Positions 24,701 through 34,112 are shown, counted from the stretch's first letter. The stretch is DNA of 64,000 nucleotides from a virus (IMGVR_UViG_3300048790_000078:1-64000); one strand, 5' to 3'. Notes: generated by a model from the sequence alone, not told the origin. A program made the numbers and translations.

Positions 24701-25704
24701 ACCGTATAGTTTGCAGCAAGATCATCGGCGCGCAAGAATAAACCCGTCGCAGTTCTTTCGGCTTGACGGAAGAGACTATGAGGAACCCGGGTCACCATCA
24801 TCCGGTGGTTGGGCGTAACAAGCAAGTCAACAAAACGAGACCCGAAAGACTGCATCGGACCGTCATACATGTACCCTGTCAAATCGGTAGGCGCTTGCCA
24901 CTCCAGAGAGCCAGCAGCGTTTCTTGTCGCGAATTCATCACTTTTGCTGGCCGCACTCCACGGTAGCCACCCGCGGCGTGTGAGAACTTCGCTGTCTTCC
25001 GAATAGCACCCCTTGATCTGCTGAGCATAGGCGGGGTTCGGCGCGTTCGGGGACCAGCCCTGTTCGTCCCACATCAATTTGATCGTGGCGCCGTCGAGAA
25101 TGCGGAGTGATTTGCAGACCCTCTGATCGTCCATCACCGGCCAGATGGCGAGCGCGTCGATCACGAGCACCTCTTCGAGCAGCATGCTCAGCCACGCCAT
25201 CCAGTCATGCTCCTGGTCTGGCTTCTCAAAGAACCGCGTCAGGTATTGCACGCGGGGATCGGCGGCCGACCGCTTGTCGAAGTCCTTCGACTTCTCGCCG
25301 GGCAGCTTATCAACCTTCCAGACCAGCGGGATCTTGACGATCTGCCGCTTCCGGCGGTTGATACAGAGGCGCATCACGTTGACAGCATCGGCGAACGCGC
25401 GAAGCTGCGGGAAGCTCGGGCCGCCCTGCTCTGTCCGAGGCTGAGAGTTCATGTTCAGCGTCATCGGATAGTCGGTCACGCGGGGAAGCGTGCCGGGAGG
25501 TGCCTGAGGCTTCAGCGGTTGCCCGGGCCCGAAGTATGACGCGCCGGTCACCGTGTCGATGTAGTCGCGCGCCACGTCGATGAACGACACCGTCCGCGGG
25601 TCGACCTGCACGGTCAGGGCGTTAGCGGGGATCGACGGCAGCCCGGTCTTTGTTCCTTCGAAGGCGCCTGTGGCGGCATCGAGAGCTTTTGCGAGGATAC
25701 TCAT
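21751..25704 (-). CDS. Portal protein with two inteins (about 564 aa after splicing)
   Basis: F.QLRAFAD, L.ILDGATIK, P.PAY.Q.IKG, YG.SP, YFT.GNTP portal motifs. Confidence 0.9.
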   Translation of the reverse strand: MSILAKALDAATGAFEGTKTGLPSIPANALTVQVDPRTVSFIDVARDYIDTVTGASYFGPGQPLKPQAPPGTLPRVTDYPMTLNMNSQPRTEQGGPSFPQLRAFADAVNVMRLCINRRKRQIVKIPLVWKVDKLPGEKSKDFDKRSAADPRVQYLTRFFEKPDQEHDWMAWLSMLLEEVLVIDALAIWPVMDDQRVCKSLRILDGATIKLMWDEQGWSPNAPNPAYAQQIKGCYSEDSEVLTRRGWLPWSAASKSDEFATRNAAGSLEWQAPTDLTGYMYDGPMQSFGSRFVDLLVTPNHRMMVTRVPHSLFRQAERTATGLFLRADDLAANYTVSTRVPLTAGWDGTEIGPQRFPRREDDKHFARLVVDQKAVDLRSAGDSYSQIAAKCGLSLAAAHQAVTVISVRGRRRQPKDILPITMSGDDFCAFMGAYMAEGSCNDDPRGAVVAISQIHGGRGDIEYGELLKRVTGNRTRRIENSYVFNSVSLIRYLKQFGHATDKWIPDVVMNATRRQLGIFWRFFHLGDGHAGRDRCSTSSKRLADQIQEIALKLGKSASIRTEPATQSEIFEDGERRVINRGVHYVVGFRSQKETCLPDISTVDYSGMVYCATVPNGNLYVRRNGKPAWCGNSPSVNMTSGECPSCQTNGYHTIVVNGRSVDGTCMPLFYSVQNPRAPFLYGQCYDDQTEILTETRGFQLFRNLLHGERVATRNTLTKEFEWERPSAIHHYDRDGEMIHFTARSMDIMVTPEHRMLVEAPTGRLETSRRYEKIMTAAELQKGNNPVRKIPVTSVWSGGVEIGMVDFPKTKPKERSLSISGDDFCALIGAYLAEGNLRSAGGIEINQDAKSPAFPVFSALLKRINLTGKDGYNGHAFICSYAQVGRYFAAFGKAADKYVPLAVKGATARQLRIFWEFYMAGDGGLEKRPSKSGRGKHPRSAWRATTVSHKLESDLVEIAQKLGFSASTRRRPPCETVFPNGGKPYTSACRESFVVSERHSTAMSVTAKTVHYAGTIHCVTVPNGIVYVRRNGKPSWCGNSPVQSCLDYAVMAVNRMVSQTEYFTSGNTPEMIIQVPETWTELQIGRFQDIFDQAAGNLAKRRRVKFIPHTGASPFETKGAMLKDDFDEWLARIFCDALNISPTPYIRQLNRSTSQSNADSAREEGTMGDLEWLEALMTRIAREGMKIPGVSAHFDLDSDPDPLKQAQIQDIKLKNGTLQIDEVREDDGNDPFGLPPGVLNGATGVYTPFATGIAQAQANAQNALHPPAPGGGQKQIGAGEAGGGEQSQGEKASGEQATIKLLLSAPGQQVLRKKKLLTPY
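22597..23661 (-). mobile_element. Intein 2 in portal (355 aa, LAGLIDADG endonuclease)
   Basis: Q|CYDDQTEILT..VRRNGKPSWCGN|S; LIGAYLAEGN and YMAGDG. Confidence 0.9.
23815..25008 (-). mobile_element. Intein 1 in portal (398 aa, LAGLIDADG endonuclease)
   Basis: G|CYSEDSEVLT..VRRNGKPAWCGN|S; FMGAYMAEGS and FHLGDG. Confidence 0.9.
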
Positions 25705-25907
25705 GCGGGTGTCAACTCCTGAAGGTCAGCATACGCCCGCTCCATTGCATGACGAGCAGAGAGCAAATCAGCGTGCCAATCGATATTGCCGTCGAATCGG
25801 CCGTTCCGCTCCACGAAGCGCGCCAGCCGCAACAGACGTGCCTTGGCATCGCGCGCGATCTTCAGGGCCGAATCGTAGGTTAGCGTCTCAACACTGGGGT
25901 ATCTCAT
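25701..25907 (-). CDS. Hypothetical protein
   Basis: ATGA overlaps with both neighbours. Confidence 0.5.
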   Translation of the reverse strand: MRYPSVETLTYDSALKIARDAKARLLRLARFVERNGRFDGNIDWHADLLSARHAMERAYADLQELTPA

Positions 25908-26158
25908 GCGGCAACTCCAGCGAGAGAGAGAACGTCGAGCGTCGCCGGACAGGCAGGGGAGTCCTGTCGATGTTTGTCGGCAACGGCCTCTTGCGCCCCA
26001 TGCAGCGTGGTCGGGATCCGGCTCAGCGGGATGTTGCCGCTGGCCTTGCAGTCGAGGCAGTTCCAGCGAACGTGCCGCTCGAACTCGCCGACATTGATCC
26101 GGCCGGGCTTCACAACCCGGTACGCGCTACCGTCTTCCATCACCCGAACGGTGTTCAT
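25904..26158 (-). CDS. Hypothetical zinc-binding protein
   Basis: CLDC..H..C; TATCAT 7 nt upstream of ATG. Confidence 0.5.
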   Translation of the reverse strand: MNTVRVMEDGSAYRVVKPGRINVGEFERHVRWNCLDCKASGNIPLSRIPTTLHGAQEAVADKHRQDSPACPATLDVLSLAGVAA

Positions 26159-26195
26159 GGAGACTATGATAAATCAGGCCGGGATGCTGCTGGGA

Positions 26196-26575
26196 CATAC
26201 CCCTCCTTTGGTCCTTCAGACCAAGCTGCCCTGATAGCAGTTCTTTGAAAGGGAATTGGCGATTCTTCTTCCTGCCCTGTCCCGGACCATTTTCGGGAGG
26301 GCCGCAGCTTTACCTGAGTCGCTATCCCAGGTAACTGCCCGCGCCGTCCCCGCGCGTGCGTCGCAAGTCTGCCGGTGAACCGAAGTGTCCCGGATTGCGT
26401 CTGGATTGAAGAATCGGCATAAACCCAACTATTGCGGGATTAGCTATCACTTGTGATTGGTCCCCGCTTTCGCCCCAAGGAATCTCCATAAAGCGAAACC
26501 TTGCGGGTGGATCGCCCGCTCGACGAAGTGGGTTTAAGGGTGATGCGGTTGATTTCCCGCGTGCTGCTTCACTTC
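26196..26575 (-). ncRNA. Candidate structured non-coding RNA of unknown family
   Basis: Intergenic; nested stems 26260-68/26408-16, 26420-27/26529-36 and 26196-204/26536-45; several internal hairpins; upstream TGCTATCAT. Confidence 0.55.
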
Positions 26576-26661
26576 GAAATCATGATAGCATAGAGGTGCT
26601 GCTTCACAATTCCGCCCGGCCGCCAGCCTGATAACCTGGAACACGGCCGGGTTTCGTTTCT

Positions 26662-26856
26662 TTACGAGAGCGAGATCCAGAGATCTTTCTGGAAGTGGAG
26701 CGGACAACCGCAAGGGCATTTGCCTGTCAGGTAGGTTGCCACCCAGTACGCTTTGAATTCGTTCGGCGTATTCTCCTGAGGTTTCAGGTGGATGGCTTTC
26801 AGGCGGAACTCGATCTCGTTGCCGCGCAGCGCCTGTGGTTCCTTCGGCTTTCTCAT
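26662..26856 (-). CDS. Hypothetical small protein
   Basis: ATGA overlap with upstream gene; CPCGC. Confidence 0.4.
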   Translation of the reverse strand: MRKPKEPQALRGNEIEFRLKAIHLKPQENTPNEFKAYWVATYLTGKCPCGCPLHFQKDLWISLS

Positions 26857-27107
26857 CGAAGCGGTTTCACGCTGATGGCCACCAGCAGGATCGTCAGAAC
26901 GCCGCCAGCGATCCACGCGGCTGGCACGGACCAGAAGTGAACTCCCCACGCAATCGCCCCGCACGCGGCCACCGTCGCGAAGTCTGTCAGCATGAACGTC
27001 ACGAGCTTGACGATTCCCAGCCCGGCGGTTCGGGACCAGCTCCGGCAGAGAACGAGCAAGGACTGCAGCATCGGTACTACGGTGGCGGAAAGTTTCTTTG
27101 CGATCAT
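26853..27107 (-). CDS. Small two-TM membrane protein
   Basis: GAIAWGVHFWSVPAAWIAGGVL; typical position between TerL and portal. Confidence 0.5.
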   Translation of the reverse strand: MIAKKLSATVVPMLQSLLVLCRSWSRTAGLGIVKLVTFMLTDFATVAACGAIAWGVHFWSVPAAWIAGGVLTILLVAISVKPLR

Positions 27108-27223
27108 TTTGTTCCTGTTCGAGTAGTTCCCATCGAGATCCGGATTCTGCCGCTTAACTACGACGAAACCACCGGCTGCGTATGACCTGGAGAAATGAGC
27201 CGCCCGCATACGGCCCGAGCAAT

Positions 27224-27502
27224 CTACCCGAACTTGAAGTTTGCTGGCAACACCGGCCGCACCTTGCGGACTTCCACTGCGATCGGTCGGCCCTGCGATC
27301 CTTCCGACAGGCGGAACTCAACCTGGTCGCCTTCGAGGATACTGCCATGGTCCGCCACGTTCTTGCTGTGGCAGAACACCTCGGAGCCGTCAGGGAGAAT
27401 AATGAAGCCGAAATTACGTTGTGGGTTTGGTTCGTTCCACTGAAACCACTTTACGGTTCCTCGGACACGAACTGCAGGATCGATGGATGTCGTTGAAGGC
27501 AT
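27224..27502 (-). CDS. Cold-shock domain protein
   Basis: GTVKWF..NFGFI (RNP1), VFCH (RNP2), L.EGDQVEF, GRP.A.EV. Confidence 0.9.
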   Translation of the reverse strand: MPSTTSIDPAVRVRGTVKWFQWNEPNPQRNFGFIILPDGSEVFCHSKNVADHGSILEGDQVEFRLSEGSQGRPIAVEVRKVRPVLPANFKFG

Positions 27503-27528
27503 GCAGCTTTGAGAACCATGTTACACCG

Positions 27529-29064
27529 TCAGAGCATAAAAGTGGAATTAGTGGAGATATCCTCGAATCCCGGTTGCTTGATTTCCGGTTCGTCGGAGAA
27601 GGGTTTGAAGACTCCGGAGACGGCCGTCTGGTTCTTGCGCGCGGCGGCATCGCTGTCGGCCTGCCCCTCATAGAACTTCATCAGCGCTTCAGCCGAAGAT
27701 AGATCGAAGAGCTTCGATACTGCGTACACCAGCACGTCCAGCCTGTTCGGAGATCGCCCGAGACGCTGTTTGATCTCCGGCGTGGTATCGCCCTGTTTGA
27801 CGGAGCACATCTCCTCTTCGAGCGCATAGAAGTTCCCGCAGTGAACGATCTTTGTCCCATCGTTCTGCGTGTACAGCAGGCTGACGGGCTCGGCTCGGAC
27901 TGCCTTCCCGTGCGAGGCGTTGACCATCTCGACCGGTGTGTTCGGGTTGGCATGCCGAAGGACTTCAAGGACCATCGCGCCGCCGTAGTTCTTTTCAGCG
28001 ACCACCAGATCGGCGCCCCACTTGATCCTGAGATCCTCCACCTTGCGCGCCCAGGCGGCCGGTGGCCCGTTCATTGTGCCATCTTCGAGCACGTAACCTC
28101 GATCGTCGATTCCCTTGCCAACCACGATGATGCCGACGTCGTCACCCTGCCCGATCCCTTCACCTGACGTGCCCGATGGATCGACGGCAATGATGATCCG
28201 CCGCATCGGCACCGGAAGCGATTGCGGAGTCGCCTGGTTGCCGCGGGCGGCCGAGATCGCACTCAGCGTCCATAGGGCGCCGGCGAGTTCATCCTGATCC
28301 ATCCCTTCGAGGAAGCGTAACCGCATTGCCAGCGGCATCGCGGCCAGCGACCGCATGTACTCTTCCGAGAGGTGCGGATTGTCTTTCGGGTTCATCCGCA
28401 AGCTGGCGTATAGGGACCGGTCCAATCTGCGCTCGCGTTCCATCGGGTCAAGCCCGAGATCGTACTCGACATATGACCAGTGGCTCTTGCCGACTGGGTT
28501 GAGATCGTCGTATTCCTTCTGCAGCAACCGGCCCTTTGGATTCTCCGACGTTGCCATGTCCGGATTGAAGACTTCCTGCGAAAGCCGGGTGCGCGTCTTC
28601 AGGATGGACTGGTAGGAGATCTGCGAGACTTCATTATGATGCAGCCCGACAAATTCACGGCCGAGGATCTTGTCCACGCGCTCTTTATCGTCGAGGCCGC
28701 CGATCCAGTATTCCGCTTTGTTCCAGAACTCCAGGCGCATCTCGCCGCGGGCGTTGACCTGCCGAATGTTTCCGTCAGCGGCGCTGAGGCCAGGGTAGAA
28801 GTTCGCGAGCACCTTGGGAATAGTGTCGAGCCACAAGCTGTTGACGGCATCGACCATGTGCAGCCGGAGACTTGCCTGCCGCGCGCTGGGGAAGTGAATG
28901 GCGCGGCCGATCATCTGGCGCACGATGATGGTTGTCTTCGTCGATCGCGCTCCACCCACGAGCTTGATGTACCGCTTCGTCGGGTCGCGCATCAGCCCCA
29001 GAGCTTCGTTCTGCTTTGGGGTGATCTGAAAGATCGGCGACGCCGTGAGGTTCGGAGGCGTCAC
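27529..29064 (-). CDS. terL: Terminase large subunit
   Basis: Walker A GGARSTKT, Walker B HHNE, DLNP, DNPHL, nuclease AVDP, SPNRLD. Confidence 0.9.
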   Translation of the reverse strand: MTPPNLTASPIFQITPKQNEALGLMRDPTKRYIKLVGGARSTKTTIIVRQMIGRAIHFPSARQASLRLHMVDAVNSLWLDTIPKVLANFYPGLSAADGNIRQVNARGEMRLEFWNKAEYWIGGLDDKERVDKILGREFVGLHHNEVSQISYQSILKTRTRLSQEVFNPDMATSENPKGRLLQKEYDDLNPVGKSHWSYVEYDLGLDPMERERRLDRSLYASLRMNPKDNPHLSEEYMRSLAAMPLAMRLRFLEGMDQDELAGALWTLSAISAARGNQATPQSLPVPMRRIIIAVDPSGTSGEGIGQGDDVGIIVVGKGIDDRGYVLEDGTMNGPPAAWARKVEDLRIKWGADLVVAEKNYGGAMVLEVLRHANPNTPVEMVNASHGKAVRAEPVSLLYTQNDGTKIVHCGNFYALEEEMCSVKQGDTTPEIKQRLGRSPNRLDVLVYAVSKLFDLSSAEALMKFYEGQADSDAAARKNQTAVSGVFKPFSDEPEIKQPGFEDISTNSTFML

Positions 29065-29255
29065 TGCTTTGGACCGAACCGAGCCCGAAGATCCGCCATG
29101 TCGCTGGCCCGCTGCACACGTTTGGCCTTGTCGGTCGAGAGCTCCTCTCCTGTTCGGCGTGACTTCCAGATGCGCCGGATGCCGCCAGGTACGACATCCT
29201 CACGTACCACGTCCCAGCCGCGCGAGTGGAGGTAATCTGTCGTCGGCAGTTTCAT
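29061..29255 (-). CDS. Hypothetical protein
   Basis: Stop/start overlaps with both neighbours. Confidence 0.45.
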   Translation of the reverse strand: MKLPTTDYLHSRGWDVVREDVVPGGIRRIWKSRRTGEELSTDKAKRVQRASDMADLRARFGPKQ

Positions 29256-29686
29256 TGGCCTGCGATGAAGTTCTCAACCAGAGCCGTGGTCTCCGCGCTG
29301 GGCACGTACTCTTCGCAGTTCTGGATCCCAGCATGGCGGTAGCTCGGCGAGCCCATGCCGACCGTCACCTTCAGCCAGCCGTCGCCTGGCCGCATCTCGC
29401 TGGACAGAACATGCCTGCCGTCGAAATCAGCTTCCTCCTCGACTCCACCGAACCCGCCCTGATTGTCGATATAGAACGTCTGCCCGCGGTACACGACCTT
29501 CACCGCCTCGCGGATCTGCCCTTCCATCCCTTCGCACCACCAGCCCGGCTTCGCGGCGCCCATGACCACCTTGACCTTCGAGCATTCCGCTGGCTCACCG
29601 TTCCAGAACGTGTGCGACATGCGCGCGGCCCGGGAGAACGGCTTCACCCGCTTTGGCTTCTTGAGGAACATGCGACTGGCGCTCAT
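29252..29686 (-). CDS. Hypothetical protein
   Basis: TFWNGEP...KV.V.MG...WW..G..G..REAV.V; in-operon. Confidence 0.5.
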   Translation of the reverse strand: MSASRMFLKKPKRVKPFSRAARMSHTFWNGEPAECSKVKVVMGAAKPGWWCEGMEGQIREAVKVVYRGQTFYIDNQGGFGGVEEEADFDGRHVLSSEMRPGDGWLKVTVGMGSPSYRHAGIQNCEEYVPSAETTALVENFIAGQ

Positions 29687-29750
29687 TGGCCAAAGCGCAA
29701 AAGAGGCCGGGGCCGCACCAGCCAGAACTTGTCAGGCGACACCGCAATTC

Positions 29751-30008
29751 TCATTTGTGCCCCGCGAAGAAGAGCGGCGGCGCCACCGCGTCAAAATTTC
29801 TCTTATGGATCTTCACCGTCCCTGCCGGCGTCGCCTCGCACGTCATCTGGAACCACTCATCGATCGTGGACATGCCGTCGATCTCGGAGCCGGACTTCAC
29901 CCGCATCATCCATCTCACCAGATTACCCTCGCGCGAAGTCACGGCCACCATGTCTTCGCCCTTGGTTAGCAGGTCGCCGGGCTGTGGGTCACGTCTTGAA
30001 TCAGCCAT
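29751..30008 (-). CDS. Hypothetical protein
   Basis: RBS GAGGTGG; TAATG coupling to upstream ORF. Confidence 0.45.
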   Translation of the reverse strand: MADSRRDPQPGDLLTKGEDMVAVTSREGNLVRWMMRVKSGSEIDGMSTIDEWFQMTCEATPAGTVKIHKRNFDAVAPPLFFAGHK

Positions 30009-30467
30009 TACTGACCACCTCTCGCTTTCAGGATCGCTTCGCTGGCCTCAAACGATTCGTCGGATTCCACCGTGGAGCACGTCGGACAGGGAATCCCGGC
30101 AGCGTATCCGTGCGGGCACTCGTTCGGCCCGCCGGCAGATTGCCATGGCACGAACTCTTTCGGGTCCACGCCGTCGATCGCCTTCGCGGCTACCGGGCGG
30201 GTTGGATCGAAGTCTTCCATCATCGATACCACCACGACCACACTGCGGTTCCTGCCACCATGAGCGCTACGCCGTAAACCACAAACATGACGAACGCAGG
30301 TATCAGATGGTCAAACGTCCGATTGAACGGCTCCCACGTTGCATCGAAGGCGGCTGTCTGCCGATCGGTTCCACGCGCTTTATTGAAGGCATCTATGGCT
30401 TTGCCGTGATCCCTTACCGCACGGGCCCACAGCCACGGCCCTTGCAGGAACACGATTACCTTTCTCA

Positions 30468-31220
30468 TTATTCCCTCCACCACTCAAACTCTGCGAGCGC
30501 CCACTCGCGAATCTGGGCAGCTATTTCCTCTTCGGTAGCGCCCTGATCGACCTCGATTTCATCATGGATTTTGCAACCCTGTAGGCGCATTGCGCAGCCC
30601 ACCTTGATCTTAACGGTCGTCAGTTGTCCGGTTTCAGCGGACGACTCGGCGATGTTCGGTAAAGCCCGTGAGGTTAATCGCGGGTTGTATTCCGTCCACG
30701 GCCCGTCTGCGCATGGGCCAGGCACCGCTTCTTCGACCTCCTCGAACTCAGCGTCGATGATCGTTTCGGCCGGACGCGGCGCGGCGGGCGCCGGTAGCGC
30801 GGCCAGCGGGCGATTGACCGATATGGGCGCGGCCTTTGCGACCGGCAACGCGCGAACACGAGGCTCTTCGTCGCTCTCCTGGTAGCCGGAAAGGAACTTG
30901 AGCGCTGAGGCGATGCCGTCCAAATCCGCTATTTTCGTCGTATTTGCCGCGAGCTGCATGTACTGCTGTGCGGTGCGATCCGATATCTTCGGGCAGTTCT
31001 GCTTCAGCCATGGAAGCCATTGACCGTGCTTGACTTGCTGTTTTGCCTCGATCAGCAATTCGCCGACATGGACAGCGCGTTTCAGCGCTCCTTGAAAGAA
31101 CTCTTCAACGCTGAAGTGCGCTGCGTTGATTCGCTCGGCCAGCGTCAACTTGGGTTCTGCCGCTGAGGACTCTCGCATCCGCCGCATTCGATCTGAAGTG
31201 GACTCGACAGCCTGCTTCAT
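30468..31220 (-). CDS. DUF3102-domain protein
   Basis: LAERINAAH..GELLIEAK....HGQWLPWL..N....RTAQ.YM.LA. Confidence 0.8.
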   Translation of the reverse strand: MKQAVESTSDRMRRMRESSAAEPKLTLAERINAAHFSVEEFFQGALKRAVHVGELLIEAKQQVKHGQWLPWLKQNCPKISDRTAQQYMQLAANTTKIADLDGIASALKFLSGYQESDEEPRVRALPVAKAAPISVNRPLAALPAPAAPRPAETIIDAEFEEVEEAVPGPCADGPWTEYNPRLTSRALPNIAESSAETGQLTTVKIKVGCAMRLQGCKIHDEIEVDQGATEEEIAAQIREWALAEFEWWRE

Positions 31221-31498
31221 TTCGCCCCTTTGATCGCATCGATGTAGCCTGCCGTCTGGTCCGGCTTTTCAGCTTTCGGTTTGCGTCTCTTCGGGGCGAA
31301 CACTTCACGCGCCGACGCCCTGACCAAAGCTTTCTTTCGAGCGCTCCGACCGCACGTCGCGACACCTGGACCGTTGAGGACTTCAGACAGGATATTGACG
31401 GCGAGCGTCGAATGCGGAATCCCGCGCTTCCCAGCTTCGTCCCGGAGGATGGCCAGATCCGATTCCGGCATCCGCATCTGTACTACAGGAGATGGCAT
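31217..31498 (-). CDS. Ribbon-helix-helix (Arc/CopG-like) DNA-binding protein
   Basis: VVQMRMP......L...A...G...S.L...IL. Confidence 0.65.
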   Translation of the reverse strand: MPSPVVQMRMPESDLAILRDEAGKRGIPHSTLAVNILSEVLNGPGVATCGRSARKKALVRASAREVFAPKRRKPKAEKPDQTAGYIDAIKGAK

Positions 31499-31538
31499 GC
31501 GTACAGCCTAACACCTTACCTGTAATACAAGCAAGCGC

Positions 31539-32183
31539 CTACCACTGCCCCTTATCGTCAGCGGGGCAAGACGCCATTTTAACGATTTGCACGTTCGTCT
31601 GGTTGATCTGCTGGTTCAGCGTCCGCGCGTCCACATTCACGCTCATCCCCTCCACGAAGCCCATCATCCGGCCGATCTGGTATTCGAGCGCACTCATCTC
31701 CTTCAGCAAGGCATTGTCCTGCCGGAGCTCGGGAACCGCGGTCTTGCCGACCATCCGCATCTCGATCACCACGAAGCCGGTTGTGATCCCCGGCAGCTTG
31801 CGCAAGTTCGGCATCTCGCCCTGTTTGGCGCCTGTCAGCCGGCGGACCATCTCGTTGGCCGGATCCGAGTAGTTCGCGATCCTGTCGTCGCGGATCTGGC
31901 AGAGCGCCTTCCACCGGTTGTACTTCTCGCGGACCTGGCCGTCCTTGTGCGCGATCGCAATCTCGGTGTTCGTGATGTCCGCTTCACCCCGAAGGCGCCG
32001 CGCGACGTCCGTCTGGAGTTCTGCAATTCTGGCAACAATTGCAGTCTTTTGTTGCAATTTCCAGGCACTTGCATGGGCAGCGTTGGCGCTGAACCCGGCA
32101 GCTATGTATGATTCTGCTGGAGTTAGCCCTTTTGCAATCCCGTTGCAAAAAAGCTCGTGACGTTGCTTTTCAAGTACAGGCAC
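31539..32183 (-). CDS. terS: Terminase small subunit
   Basis: MPVL...RHELFC.....G......YIAAGF......A.KL.....I.ARIAEL N-terminus. Confidence 0.8.
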   Translation of the reverse strand: MPVLEKQRHELFCNGIAKGLTPAESYIAAGFSANAAHASAWKLQQKTAIVARIAELQTDVARRLRGEADITNTEIAIAHKDGQVREKYNRWKALCQIRDDRIANYSDPANEMVRRLTGAKQGEMPNLRKLPGITTGFVVIEMRMVGKTAVPELRQDNALLKEMSALEYQIGRMMGFVEGMSVNVDARTLNQQINQTNVQIVKMASCPADDKGQW

Positions 32184-32245
32184 GTCACCAGATTACCCTG
32201 GAGCGGTTTCTGGCGCATCGTCCATGCCGCATCCCTGACCGAAAA

Positions 32246-32578
32246 TCAGTCCGTACTAACGCGATAGAAATACCGCGCGGTCACTGCCGCCCATGGCGCC
32301 GCGGCCTTGAATTCGGCCTTTGTGATCTGGCAAAGGATGTAGAACGGCTGGCTCTCGAACGTGTAGGTACGCCGGCCGTCCGAGACCTGAAACTCCACCA
32401 GATAGACCTCCTGGCGCGCGTATATCGCGGATCGTTTGCGGTTACGTGGCGAGCCCACCATCGACTGCAAGAGTTTCTGGTTGCTGGTGCATACCAGATA
32501 CGGCATCCGGTTGAGGATCTCGATGGCCTTCTCGCGCGACATTTGCGGCGAGAGGGCTGTGGCTGCGGCGGCGCTCAT
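32246..32578 (-). CDS. Hypothetical protein
   Basis: In-operon ORF. Confidence 0.4.
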   Translation of the reverse strand: MSAAAATALSPQMSREKAIEILNRMPYLVCTSNQKLLQSMVGSPRNRKRSAIYARQEVYLVEFQVSDGRRTYTFESQPFYILCQITKAEFKAAAPWAAVTARYFYRVSTD

Positions 32579-32587
32579 GCGTTCAGG

Positions 32588-32812
32588 TTAGCCGAAGAAC
32601 TTGTCCAGTGTTTCGCCATCGGACACCTCTTTCTTCGTTTTCGGCCGGCGTCGCACTTCCAGACCGATATCCGGCACTGCTTCGGCGAGCACGGCCCACG
32701 TATTGCCGACCTTGATGCCGCGGAGCTTTCCTTGTCGGAGAAGACGCTTTATCGACTCCGTGGTCTTGCCTACGTTCCGGGCCGCCACGGTGATGCTGAC
32801 GTAGTCAGGCAC
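32588..32812 (-). CDS. Excisionase/MerR-type HTH protein
   Basis: SITVAA..VG.....IKRLLRQGKL.G.KVG.TW.V. Confidence 0.7.
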   Translation of the reverse strand: MPDYVSITVAARNVGKTTESIKRLLRQGKLRGIKVGNTWAVLAEAVPDIGLEVRRRPKTKKEVSDGETLDKFFG

Positions 32813-33473
32813 TGATCCGCGCTCCACTGAATACCGCCACGCGCTTAGAGGCATTGCACAAAACAACAGTACATCACTATTTAGCGCCTTGCCGCAACAA
32901 AACATTCCAGGTTACACTCGGACTTGGACAACGAATCGAGAGGAGGGCCACCAACGTGCAGGATCAAAACCGCGATATGCAAATCCATCCTTCCGTCCAG
33001 CCGTCCACCCCGCGATACGTTGTTCGAGTGTCGCGGGTGTTGACGTGCGCCTCCGATCGCGGCACGGTGCAGATCCTGTCTCAGCCGTCGCCGACAGCTG
33101 AGCGCGAGCTCACCATCCAGCACGAGGACTTCGCTACCTGCCGGAAGTGCTTCGGTGAAGCGGGTCACCACCTCGACTCTTGCCCGGCGGTGCTGCAATG
33201 CCTGTGAAACCGGCCTGTACGACAGCCGAGCGGGTTTACGGGCCTTGCGCTTCCGGTGGCGGCGTCGAGGGCGCTCACTCCACCCCACCGGTCGCGCACG
33301 TTGTGGATGGGCACGCGTTCTGTCCTCAGTGCTGTCCGAACTGCGCCGCGCGGCCTTAAACCTGCCGCACCAGAATCGCTGAGTTCCTTCAAAGGGCCGG
33401 GAACCGGCCTTCGGGCGCTAACGTGGGCGTTGTAATGCCGTGCGTGGCCTGAGAAGCAAGATGATTTGCGTGT

Positions 33474-34112
33474 TCACTCCGTCATTTGTTGGCTTCGGAC
33501 AAATACCGCCGAATAATGCGTCATCTGCTGTGCCCATCCGCAGTGGTAGCAGGTCCAGTTTGAGATCCGGTACCCGCGGAGCCCCGCCAGCTTCTCCATC
33601 TGGAACCGGCATACCTCGGCATACCGCCTATGCAGGTGATCGTTACCGAAGTGGTCCACGGCGCCTGTCTTTTGCAGCGATTTAGATTCCCAGCCTGATT
33701 TCCCGCAGAGATACTGCCGCAGCCCATCGGTAACCACCATGGCGAGGATCGGCGGAAAGGCCCGCGACGACGTGAAGAAGCCTTCGAGAAGAGGATTCGG
33801 ATCACCCCATGGATCCACGTCGACGAAGTTGACCTGCAGGTGGGCCCCGGCGCCCTTTGCCACCGCGGCGACGCTGTCAGCCCGATAGACGGCCCAGCCC
33901 GGCCGCTGCTTTGCCAGCGCTTCGCACTTTTCCGGATCCTTCTCGATCACCACGCCGCTCTCCACGTCGCTGTAGCAGGCCTTCCAGATCTCTCCGAAGC
34001 CTCCGTTCGTCTCCATCACCACCGGACGCACCGGAAGCGCCCGGAGCGCGGCACGCCGCAGGTTCACTTTGAGCAGGATGGTCGCGTTGTCTTTTTTTGG
34101 CGCGGTCGGCAT
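33474..34112 (-). CDS. Putative class I SAM-dependent methyltransferase-like protein
   Basis: VMETNGGFGE, VIEKD, D.DPWG.P, VTDG motifs. Confidence 0.55.
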   Translation of the reverse strand: MPTAPKKDNATILLKVNLRRAALRALPVRPVVMETNGGFGEIWKACYSDVESGVVIEKDPEKCEALAKQRPGWAVYRADSVAAVAKGAGAHLQVNFVDVDPWGDPNPLLEGFFTSSRAFPPILAMVVTDGLRQYLCGKSGWESKSLQKTGAVDHFGNDHLHRRYAEVCRFQMEKLAGLRGYRISNWTCYHCGWAQQMTHYSAVFVRSQQMTE

